From assembly GCA_963763095.1 (NCBI GenBank), contig CAVXNR010000006.1, forward strand, positions 5,167 to 69,166: a DNA stretch of 64,000 nucleotides, in the 5' to 3' direction. The notes under the pieces are model-generated. The model was not told where the DNA came from. It was given only the letters and a program-made list of their open reading frames with translations, and did not search any database. Every line of letters starts with the position of its first letter. Position 1 is the stretch's first letter. The stretch is from Vicinamibacteria bacterium. GTDB taxonomy: Bacteria > Acidobacteriota > Vicinamibacteria > Vicinamibacterales > JAENWD01. A program made the translations under genes and the position numbers. Shown here one piece after another: positions 1-8,693 of the stretch.

Positions 1-2385
1 TGACGGCGCTGGCGGCCCAGACCGTCCAGAAGACAAGCGTCCGCGGAATCCGTTCAACGGCGAGCGTGGGCAGCGCCAGGCGTTCCGCGAAGACGAGCGT
101 CTGGTAGCCGGCGAGCAGCACGATGAGGGAGAGGGCGCGCGCCTGTGCCTCGCCGAGCGACGGCCAGAGCCACCAGTACATCGCGAAGCTTGCCACGGCC
201 AGCACGGCCCCGGAGACCGCCGACCGTATCACAGCCGCACGTGGCAACAGGGGCGCGGCCGGATCACGTGGCGGACGGTTCATGATGTCCGCTGACGCAG
301 GCTCCGCTTGAAACACGATCGCCGATACCGGATGCACGATGAGCTCCAGCCACACCAGATGAATCGGCAAGAGCACCAACGGCACACCAATCAAGGGCGC
401 CGCGATCGCCAGCACGACGATCGGAATGTGAAACGCGATCAGGTAGAGGAACGCGCGTTGAATGTTCTGGAAGATGTGGCGACCTTCGCGAACCGTCGCC
501 ACAATCGAGGCGAAGTTGTCGTCGAGCAGGACGAGGTCCGCCGTGGCGCGGGCCACATCGGTACCCCGCTGACCCATCGCGATGCCGATGTCGGCCCGAT
601 GCAAGGCGGGCGCATCGTTGACGCCGTCACCCGTCATCGCGACGATGGCGCCATCGTTCTTCAGCGCGTCGACGATGAGGAACTTCTGTTCGGGGCTGAT
701 CCGCGCGAATATGGTCGTCCGCCGAATCCGCTCGACACGATCGGAGTCGCGTGAGCGCGGTCAACTCGTCTCCCGTGGCGATCAGATCGTCCTCGTGCAG
801 GATACCGGCGGTCTCGGCCACGGCATGCGCCGTCAGCGCATGGTCACCCGTGATCATCGTGATCCGGATGCCGGCGTGCTGGCACTCGGCCACCGCGCCC
901 GGCACCTCGGGCCGCAGCGGGATCCTGAAAGCCCAGCAGCCCATACACTGTCAGATCGCGCTCGTCCGCGTCCCGATCGGCGCCGAGTTGATCCATGCGC
1001 CTTACCGCGAGCGCGAGCACTCGCAGGCCCTTGCGCAGCGAGCCGGCGGTTCGCTTCGACGGCGGCGCGGCGCGCGCTCTCGTCGATACCGGCTGTGCGC
1101 CAGGATCCCTTCGAGGGCGCCCTTCGCCGCCACCATGTAGCCGTCGTCATCCAGCGCGTGCCACACGTGCGACATGTGCTTGCCGACCGAATCGAAGTCG
1201 TAGTCCCGGACCAGCATCCAGCGGGCCTCCAGATTGGCCGGCGAGACGCCGCGGGCGTCTGCGTACGCGCCAATCGCGCGCTCCATCGCGTCGGTCGGAT
1301 GACGTTCGCACGCGAGCACGGCAGGCCTCCAGGAAATCCTGCTCCGACACCGCCGGCGCCAACGCAAGATGCTCGGTCATCTGGAACTCGCCGCGCGTCA
1401 GCGTTCCTGTCTTGTCCGTGCAGATCACCGTCGTCGACCCGAGGGTCTCCACGCTGGCGAGCCGCCGCACGAGCATGCCGCGCGACGCTAACCGCCAGGC
1501 CCCTGCGGACAGAAAGAGGGTCAGGACGATGGGAAACTCTTCGGGGATCGCGGCCATCGCCAGGCTGACGGCGCCGAGCAACGCCCGGGTCCAGGGCTCA
1601 CCGCGTGCGAGGCTCAGCCCGAACAGCGCGATCGCCACGATGACGGCGACGACACCGAGGCGCCGGACGAGGACGCCCGCCTTCTGCTGCAGCGGACTGG
1701 CTGAGGAGGCGCTTTGCGCCACGAGAGCAGCGATGCCACCGTACTGAGTGGCCGCACCCGTGGTGGTCACCACACCGAACCCATGCCCCGCCACCGCCTG
1801 CGATCCGGCGAAGAACCTCGCATCCGGCGGCGCTTCATCCGGAGCGGATGGCCACTCGCGTTTTGACTGCGGCTCGGATTCGCCTGTCAGGGAGGATTCG
1901 TCGATCGCCAGGTTTGCGACCCAACGGACGACGCCGTCAGCTGCGATGACGTGCCCTTCACGCAGGACGAGGAGGTCTCCCGGCACAACCTCCTCGAGTG
2001 GGACGGACACGACCTGCCGGTCGCGGACGACGTCCGCTGACGGCGCGGCAGCGCGGGCCAGCTTTTCGAGCGCCGCGCGCGACCGGGCTTCGAGCAGGAC
2101 ATCAACACCAAGAACCGGTATCAGGGCGAGCGCGAGCACGACGGCGTCCCGCGTCTCGCCCAGCAGGAAGTAGACGACGGCCGCGATGATCAACATGACG
2201 GCCATCGGGTCGAGGAGAAGACGGACGACCTCTCGAACCCGCGCGAAGCGGTCCTGCTTCACCCACCGATTCGGGCCGACCTCCCCCAGCAGGCGGCGCG
2301 CATCAATGGAAGACAGCCCGTTGAGCCCTGCCGGGATCTCGCTTCCCTTGTCGTGCACCGCTTGCTCTGACACGTCGGCCACCAC
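1..2385 (-). pseudogene. Cation-translocating P-type ATPase. The 3' end lies beyond the window start and the reading frame is broken five times.
   Basis: Reverse-strand translation shows LTGES, PEEFP and DKTGTLT (ORF 1147..2385), MITGDH (ORF 627..944), and GDGVNDAPAL plus C-terminal TM helices in an unlisted frame (1..~750). Consecutive pieces sit in successive frames, with breaks near 1325, 1095, 1029, 920 and 749. The breaks at 1029 and 920 fall in CCC/GGG runs. Confidence 0.85.
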
Positions 2386-2448
2386 CTTCTCTGCTCTGAG
2401 ATCGCGACCGGCGCGAACACGAAACCTGCACTCAGGGAGTCGTCGCGA

Positions 2449-2787
2449 TTACAGCAGTGCCCAGACGGGCGGAAAGGTTCCGAGCACACCCACGGCAATC
2501 AGGATCAGGGTCACCGCTCCAATGCGGCCTGGCGCGATCTCGCGTGCCTTCCAGCGATTGTGCAGTACGGCCCACGCGATCAGCCACACGATCGTCGCCA
2601 ATGTCGTTCGGCCGGACACGCCACCGGCTGGGGCATACAGCGTAGGCGCGGCAAAGAGGCCGGCTTCATTAAGAAGCACCACCGCGCCCATCGCAAACGC
2701 GCCGATGCCCCCGCCCAGAAGCGCCGCCATCGCGCTGCCGTTGACCTCACGCGATGTCATCGAAAGAGCAGTCGTAGCCATGGTCAT
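2449..2787 (-). CDS. Hypothetical small integral membrane protein (about 3 TM)
   Basis: A 112-aa ORF that is hydrophobic and Gly/Ala-rich. Its start lies 11 nt after the stop of the upstream membrane ORF, on the same strand as the cytochrome genes. I recognise no family. Confidence 0.55.
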   Translation of the reverse strand: MTMATTALSMTSREVNGSAMAALLGGGIGAFAMGAVVLLNEAGLFAAPTLYAPAGGVSGRTTLATIVWLIAWAVLHNRWKAREIAPGRIGAVTLILIAVGVLGTFPPVWALL

Positions 2788-2797
2788 CTCCGATCAC

Positions 2798-3343
2798 CTA
2801 GTCCAGGGGGGCCACCTTGTTGACGAACATACCCATCAACGACACGAACGCCACCAGGGCGAACGAGATCGCCAGCAGCGCCATCGACAGACTCCGCAAC
2901 GATGAGTTCTGGAGCACCCTCGACCGGTAACGGACGGTGACGAATGCGACCGCCGTGGTCAGCATCGAGGCGATCCACGGCATATGCTCTTTGCTCTCCA
3001 TGGCAAACGCGTGCAGCCACGCCGTACTCGGGCTCGCCAGTACGAGCGCGCGAGGGAACTCGCTCAGATCGGTCACTCCGGCCGGAGGCGTGACACGGTA
3101 CGGCGGGAAGATGACGTAGGTCCCCACGATCACGGTGAGCCAGAGCAGCACGGCGCTCAGCACCGTTGCGCCAGCCAGGGCCCCCGATCCGGGCGGGGCG
3201 GCCGCGCCATCGGACGAGCGCGCGGCATAGAGGTAGAACAATGCGGCGGCCAGACCGATGAGGGCGCCTCCACCCAAGCCGATCCCGTGGACCATCGTCC
3301 AGATACTGCGTTCCGAGAACAACATGGGAACCTCCTGTCGCAT
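2798..3343 (-). CDS. Hypothetical integral membrane protein (about 4 TM)
   Basis: A 181-aa ORF with four long hydrophobic segments and G/C-rich third codon positions. An alternative start is the second Met, at 3325. I recognise no family. Confidence 0.6.
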   Translation of the reverse strand: MRQEVPMLFSERSIWTMVHGIGLGGGALIGLAAALFYLYAARSSDGAAAPPGSGALAGATVLSAVLLWLTVIVGTYVIFPPYRVTPPAGVTDLSEFPRALVLASPSTAWLHAFAMESKEHMPWIASMLTTAVAFVTVRYRSRVLQNSSLRSLSMALLAISFALVAFVSLMGMFVNKVAPLD

Positions 3344-3356
3344 GGGTCAGGCGCGC

Positions 3357-3696
3357 TCATCCCGCAACACGCGGTAGAGCAATCGTGACCTGCAATCCAA
3401 TGGTCGTCGCCGGCGAGTCGAGCCGGATCGTGCCTCGATGCAGGTCGAGGATCCGCCGCGACTCGAGTCTAGGTGGGAGGTCTCCAACGTGCCGCATCGC
3501 ACGAACTCGACCTGCCGAACTGCATTTCTTCGGCAATCCGACTTTCGGCCGAATCCTCAGCGCGAACAACCCGCGCGAGCTGCAGTTCGGCGTGCGGCTT
3601 GCCTTCTGATTTGCGTCCTTCGTTCTGCCTCCAGGAGCGGATGCGGACACCCGGCTCGGTCCCCTCCGGTAATCGTCCGGCGCGTCCAGCTATCAA
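3357..3696 (-). pseudogene. Possible C-terminal remnant of a sensor histidine kinase (HATPase_c-like tail)
   Basis: The reverse-strand tail reads ...ESRRILDLHRGTIRLDSPATTIGLQVTIALPRVAG*, which resembles the HK ending (..HGG.I.l.S..G.G..f.i.LP). The upstream part is in another frame and is cut off by the cytochrome gene stop at 3693. Motif evidence is weak. Confidence 0.3.
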
Positions 3697-5339
3697 TCGA
3701 CTGTTCGTGTCGCGCGCGTCAGCATCAGCGCCGACTCCGGCGCCACCTGGTCATAGTAGGACGTGAAACGCTGCGGCTCCGCCGCCTTGTAGCCGTCCAG
3801 GTTGCGCGCCCAGCGATAAGCGATCGACTGGTACCACAGTTGGGCGTCGATCGTGAATGGTCCTGGAGCGCCCGCCGTGTCGATTGAATACCGCACCCGA
3901 TCCTCGCCCGCCCCAAAGTCCGGATCCGCGAGCGCATCACCGTGCACAGCGACGTCAGCGGGCGCCGTGCGCTTGTCGAATCCCCGTGGTGGAAGGCGAT
4001 TGTCCTTGAGGTACGTCACGGCCGAGAGCAGCCCCGTCGTCACCTGGCGCGTTGCCGTGCCCATGATGGCCTCGTAAATCTGCACCTCATCGCCAGACCG
4101 TATCTCGCGATAGTGCGGCTCGAAGCGGGCGGCGTCCCGGTCGTTGTCGTTGCCGGTAATCGCGCCGGTCGGTTCAACGTCGCCTGATGAGAACACGAGG
4201 CGTCCCTCTCCGTCGCGCACGGTCACGCGCAGCCAGCTCCGTCGGGACGGGTACGCGGTTGGCAACTTGTGTCCCGCCAGGTTGCGCACAACAACGTCGG
4301 CTTCCAGCCGGCCGCCCGCGACGCGCGCGCTCTCCACCGCCACGTTGGCGGAACTGGATTGGAGGAAGGCTTTCGTTCGTAAGACCGCCGCGTCGAGTTC
4401 CGCCGGTCGCGCCACGACGCCCAACTCCGCGCGAAACCGGTTCAGGATTCCAAGCATCAGGAAGTTGGCGCCGCGGAAGTCATGACGGGACACTCCTTCC
4501 CGCGGTTGTCCGACCACCGAGGAGATCGGCGTCGGCTCCGTGACCACCGGCATGTGGCACGCCTGGCAACTCTGCGAGTCGCGGAACTCGCTGTGCAGCC
4601 ATTCCTGGTAGGGCATCTGTTCTGGGAACTCGCTCGTCGCCTGGCCGGACGCGGTCAGCGCGTGGGTGTAGAGCGTGTGGCACGTGGCACAGACCTCGGA
4701 CCGCTGGATATGCGTGGACGCGGTGGGCTGCAGGCCCGTGGCCGATCGCATGACCGACCGCGGGCCGGGCTCCACCTCGTACGGCCCGAACATCTGACGG
4801 CCTTCCGCCGGCGAAGCGGTCCCGATGACGAAGCCGCCGGTGAAGCTGGCCTTTGAGCCGAGTCCGTCGCTCGTAATCTGGTGGCACAACGCACAGGAGA
4901 CGCCCTCGACGGCGAGGGGATCGACGGCGGCGGCCGGACTCGCCGATGGAATGTTGGCGAAGACGGACTGTTGCCCGCCACGACGCTGGGTCTCCACGTG
5001 CGCCATCGGCATGTGGCAGCGGGAGCATTCATTTTCGATTGCCGCCTGCGCCTGGGGGTGGTCCGTGACTTCGCGACGGACGCCGGCCTGCCAGTACGGG
5101 TCGCGGGCGGCATGCGCCATCATCGACGCCCGCCACATTGTGCCGAACGACACGTCTTCTCCGCTGGCCGTCGTCAGGCCGTTGTGACACGTCATGCACT
5201 GGGCGGACGACTGGAACAGCGGGCCGGTGTGCGCCGGTGGAGGCGTTGGCTGCGTCTGAGCCGTGGTGATCGGTGTCACGAGCACCACGACGATGGTCGT
5301 CGCGGTGGCCAGGAACGAAGAGACTAGCAACTTTGACAT
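3693..5339 (-). CDS. Secreted pentahaem c-type cytochrome with a haem-free C-terminal domain
   Basis: A 548-aa ORF with an N-terminal signal-like segment (MSKLLVSSFLATATTIVVVLV...AQ). It has five CXXCH motifs (CMTCH, CSRCH, CALCH, CATCH, CQACH) in the first ~270 aa. It starts 25 nt after the upstream cytochrome-barrel gene. Confidence 0.9.
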   Translation of the reverse strand: MSKLLVSSFLATATTIVVVLVTPITTAQTQPTPPPAHTGPLFQSSAQCMTCHNGLTTASGEDVSFGTMWRASMMAHAARDPYWQAGVRREVTDHPQAQAAIENECSRCHMPMAHVETQRRGGQQSVFANIPSASPAAAVDPLAVEGVSCALCHQITSDGLGSKASFTGGFVIGTASPAEGRQMFGPYEVEPGPRSVMRSATGLQPTASTHIQRSEVCATCHTLYTHALTASGQATSEFPEQMPYQEWLHSEFRDSQSCQACHMPVVTEPTPISSVVGQPREGVSRHDFRGANFLMLGILNRFRAELGVVARPAELDAAVLRTKAFLQSSSANVAVESARVAGGRLEADVVVRNLAGHKLPTAYPSRRSWLRVTVRDGEGRLVFSSGDVEPTGAITGNDNDRDAARFEPHYREIRSGDEVQIYEAIMGTATRQVTTGLLSAVTYLKDNRLPPRGFDKRTAPADVAVHGDALADPDFGAGEDRVRYSIDTAGAPGPFTIDAQLWYQSIAYRWARNLDGYKAAEPQRFTSYYDQVAPESALMLTRATRTVD

Positions 5340-5364
5340 GAGTGGTCCCCAGTCGTGCGTGTCG

Positions 5365-6447
5365 TCACCAGCCGGTCGTCAACCCGCCGTTGAACCATTC
5401 CCACAGGAAGTAGCCGAGGACCTGCGTCGACCGTCCCGCGCGTTCGTTCACGGGCACCCTGACGCCAACGTTGGCCCTGATGTGCTGCCGCGTGCTGAGC
5501 GTGACATGCATTTGCGGCACGATATCCCAGTGCGTCTGGGCACCTGACGTCAACTCGCGCGAGCCTAGGACCTCGACCATCGGCGCCCACAGGCGCCCGA
5601 ATTCTCCCTGCCTGAACTGCCGCCCGGCCACCATGCGCCAGAACGCCTCATCCGCCTGGGCGCGGTCGAACGGAATGCCACCGCCCACTTGCGCCTGGAA
5701 GAATGCCCGGGCGGGGAGACGCTGCCCGAAGGCCACGAACGGCTCGACGACCGTCGTCCCGCTGCCAATCCCTCGCTCGGTGCTGCCGGTCGGAATCAGA
5801 ACTTCGGCGGCAGCGCTCACAATGCTGCCGCGAGCCTCATTAGCGACGAGCACGTGCTTGACCGCGAAGCCCAGGTCGCCCACGCCCCCGGTCCAGTCCC
5901 CGGGCGTGCGCTCGGAGAACTCCATCGGCGCGATCACTTCGAACATGCTGCGGGGACCGACACGCCGCTCGTACACGAACTTGTTCGTGACGACCCCGTC
6001 GGCCGCGATGACGGTGAGCACCGCCTCATCTTCGGGAAAGGCCTTCGTCGTGACGAGTGCACGTGGGAAGTTCAGCTCGCCTCGCGGCCACGCGTCCTCC
6101 GTGCAGAAGGAGCGAGCGTGCGAGACGGCCAGTTCGATCTCCTGCCGCGAAAGCGCCTCGCCAAACGCCGGCATCAGCGGGCTGAACGCCCGGTTCGGGC
6201 CACCGTGGTGGCTGACGCCCACCCAGTCGGCCGCCGGCTCTCTCGTGGAGAAATTGCAGTCGCTGAAGTCCGGCGGCACCAGCGGGTAACCTGACTCGAC
6301 TGCCGGCGCCCCGCTGCCGTCACTGCCGTGACACGCGGCACACGCGAACTGATAGACCTCACGTCCGGTGCGCGTCTGGCCCAAGGCGTCGAGCGCGAGC
6401 CCGAATGTGCCGATTCCGACGAGGAGCCACGCGACGCGAAGGTTCAT
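5365..6447 (-). CDS. Monohaem cytochrome c domain fused to a putative outer-membrane beta-barrel
   Basis: The likely start is MNLRVAWLLVGIGTFGLALDALGQ at 6447; the ORF track extends it to 6492. It has a CAACH haem site with a downstream PLMPAFG Met. About 270 aa of alternating beta-strand-like sequence follow (MetA/phenol-degradation-barrel-like), ending in ...WEWFNGGLTTGW. Confidence 0.8.
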   Translation of the reverse strand: MNLRVAWLLVGIGTFGLALDALGQTRTGREVYQFACAACHGSDGSGAPAVESGYPLVPPDFSDCNFSTREPAADWVGVSHHGGPNRAFSPLMPAFGEALSRQEIELAVSHARSFCTEDAWPRGELNFPRALVTTKAFPEDEAVLTVIAADGVVTNKFVYERRVGPRSMFEVIAPMEFSERTPGDWTGGVGDLGFAVKHVLVANEARGSIVSAAAEVLIPTGSTERGIGSGTTVVEPFVAFGQRLPARAFFQAQVGGGIPFDRAQADEAFWRMVAGRQFRQGEFGRLWAPMVEVLGSRELTSGAQTHWDIVPQMHVTLSTRQHIRANVGVRVPVNERAGRSTQVLGYFLWEWFNGGLTTGW

Positions 6448-6708
6448 CAACCACACCCCCAGATCCCGGGCGACTGCGAGCTCGTCGCGCACTTTGCAGA
6501 CGGCGCGCGCGCGTCGGGACGATCCTCAGGGAGCAAGCGACATACCCAACTCCACGCTGGAAGGTGCCAGCTGATCTCGCGCGTGAAATCTGCAACTGGC
6601 GTGGAATCCGGTCCAATGACCCGAAATTTCCCGCATGGCTGCGGGATTATCCACGGTCGGACGGCAGCCGCTCGCTGACGTCCCCGAGTCAAATAAGTCG
6701 CGGTCGCA

Positions 6709-7158
6709 TCACTCAGCCACCAGCCGACCGACCAGCGTGCAAGGCTTGGATCCTTTGCGTGGAGAGCACTTGGTACAGGAGCCCCCACACCACGGTTCCC
6801 CAGAGCAGCACGCAACGAACGCCCGGCTCAGATACCAGAACGATGTCGAACCTTCGGCGATACCGGTTGTTCCGAGGCCAATGGCAAAGCCGCCGGTCGC
6901 GAGCGTGACGCCCACGATCGTGCTCAAGAGCACGGTGCCCGGCGCCACATCACTTGTCTCAGGCGCAACGGAACGATGCATGACACCCCAACCCTCTGCC
7001 AGCGGTGTCCCGCGATACTGCTGATCGCCAGCGCGCCCTCAGCCAAGCGCACGACAGTGCAGTCGCGCTCCGGTTCGAACGGATCCTGCACCGCACAGAA
7101 CAAGCAGCGTGAGCAGGGCGGAGATGATAACGACGAACCGATGTGAGGGACCTTGCAT
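6709..7158 (-). CDS. Small secreted or membrane protein gene(s); reading frame unresolved
   Basis: The ATG at 7158 follows AAGGAGG with a 6-nt spacer and encodes a signal-like MQGPSHRFVVIISALLTLLVLCGAG. An in-frame TGA occurs at 7041..7039. The listed ORF 6709..6981 is in the same frame and has a hydrophobic core (GTVLLSTIVGVTLATGGFAIGLG). Other frames look more coding in places (7085..6925 and 6830..6720). Confidence 0.35.
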
Positions 7159-7271
7159 AGCGATCCTCCTTGTCTTCCAGAACCTGCGAGGCCAGTGTGA
7201 CGGCTAATCCTTGTGATTCCTTAAGGTCAGGATCGTCGGCGCCTACAATCGTCGGATGAGCGAGGAGCGCT

Positions 7272-7964
7272 ATGGCACATCGTGAGCGACATCGGAGCGA
7301 GCGAATCGGATGGCTTCGGGCGGCGGTGCTCGGCGCCAATGACGGCATCGTGTCGACCGCGAGTCTGGTCGTCGGCGTGGCTGCGGCGGAGGCGGCCCGC
7401 CAAGACGTCCTGGTCGCCGGTGTAGCGGGGCTCGTCGCGGGCGCGCTGTCAATGGCCGCAGGCGAGTACGTGTCGGTGAGTTCGCAAGCGGACACCGAAA
7501 AGGCGGATCTCACGCGGGAGCGGCACGAGCTGGCGACCGAACCGCAGGCCGAGGAGGACGAGCTCACAGGGATCTATGTCCGCCGCGGGCTGGAACCGGA
7601 CCTGGCTCGAACCGTGGCGCGTCAACTGACGGCGAAGGGCGCGCTGGCCGCCCACGCGCGCGACGAGCTGGGCCTGACCGAAGAGCTCGCGGCGCGCCCT
7701 CTGCAGGCGGCGCTCGCGTCGGCGGCAACGTTCGCCGTTGGTGCGGGAGTGCCCATTGTGACGATCCTCGTCGCACCGGCGACCGCACTCGTGCCGGCGG
7801 TCTCGGTTGTGTCGTTGTTGTGCCTGGTCGCACTCGGCGCCGTCGCCGCACGCATCGGTGGAGCACCGATGCTCGTCGGTGCGGCGAGGGTCACCATGTG
7901 GGGAGTGTTGGCCATGTTGGCGACGGCGGCCGTTGGAAGGGTGTTCGGCGCGACAGTATCGTGA
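7272..7964 (+). CDS. VIT1/CCC1-family iron/manganese transporter
   Basis: A 230-aa ORF with LGANDGIVSTASLVVGV and SMAAGEYVSVSSQ motifs, a central acidic helix region and C-terminal TM helices. GAGGAG lies 5 nt upstream of the ATG, and a TACAAT -10-like box sits at 7244..7249. Confidence 0.9.
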   Translation: MAHRERHRSERIGWLRAAVLGANDGIVSTASLVVGVAAAEAARQDVLVAGVAGLVAGALSMAAGEYVSVSSQADTEKADLTRERHELATEPQAEEDELTGIYVRRGLEPDLARTVARQLTAKGALAAHARDELGLTEELAARPLQAALASAATFAVGAGVPIVTILVAPATALVPAVSVVSLLCLVALGAVAARIGGAPMLVGAARVTMWGVLAMLATAAVGRVFGATVS

Positions 7965-8223
7965 ACAGGGGCCTGCGCCCGGCACGGTGGGTAAACTGCA
8001 AGGGCACTGCGCCTGCGAAGTGCCCTACGCCTCGTAAGTCGTCGGTGCGTATCGCGCCGACCGCCCCGACACTGTCCCCCCGATTGTCCCTGTGGCGCGC
8101 CAAAAGAGCGCTTCCAGAGCTTACGGCAGCCAACTCGCCTGATCTGTGAAGTTGAAGGAGGGGAAGAATTTACGAGGAAAATCGAAGATGTCCGGGAGGC
8201 GGATCTCCGTCTAGCAAACCGCC

Positions 8224-8378
8224 CTACGCGGCTCTCTGGAAGTGTTCGATTTGGCGCATCCAACTGGTCAGTGGGTTCCATCTGGGGAAAATCTGGGCCA
8301 CCAACTCCAAGTCGTTGATTCTAAACGACTGAAATCCGCCACCCACTCCGCAGATCGAACCGCTGTGACTTGTTGGTG
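8224..8378 (-). repeat. Dispersed repeat family, long copy R1
   Basis: It shares about 150 nt with 23416..23567 (GGGTTCCA.CTGG...TCTGG.CC.CCAACTCCAAGTCGTTGATTCTA.ACGACTGAAATC.GCC.ACCCACTCCG.AGATCGAACCG..GTGACT). It contains the hairpin AGTCGTT-GATTCTA-AACGACT. The reverse strand reads ...LVAQIFPRWNPLTSWMRQIEHFQRAA*. Weaker similarity continues down to ~8150. Confidence 0.8.
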
Positions 8379-8693
8379 GCGGCTTTAGGTTCGTCCGTTG
8401 CGCAGCGGCTGAGAAGTCTCGGACTCCGGGGCGACCGCTGTACCTCCTTCGTTCGCTGCCGACGGCGCATCGTGTATCGGCGCGTTGATCCCGATGCAGG
8501 AGCACCGGGCCCTTTAACCGCCGCTACCCGGGTTGCAGCGTTCTTCCGCCAAGTCGGCACGTCCACCGATGACGGCGGAGAGGACGTTAGCGTCGGCGAC
8601 GAACGACGCCTTTTGAGCGACGCCTCGAAGTCTTGGTGCGTGGCGGAGATCCGAAATTCGGTCGCGTCCTTCTGCAGCCCTGTTCCGTGTCGT

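Noticed and set aside
8297-8381. A tRNA-like reading of repeat R1. The evidence was a 9-nt terminal complementarity (GCCACCAAC...GTTGGTGGC), a hairpin with a 7-nt loop, and a GGTTCGATC T-loop-like motif on the reverse strand.
   Set aside because: The arm order does not fit a tRNA on either strand. The 7-nt loop lacks U33 and purine-37. The T-like motif has no flanking stem. The closing stem is not conserved in the homologous copy at 23416..23567.
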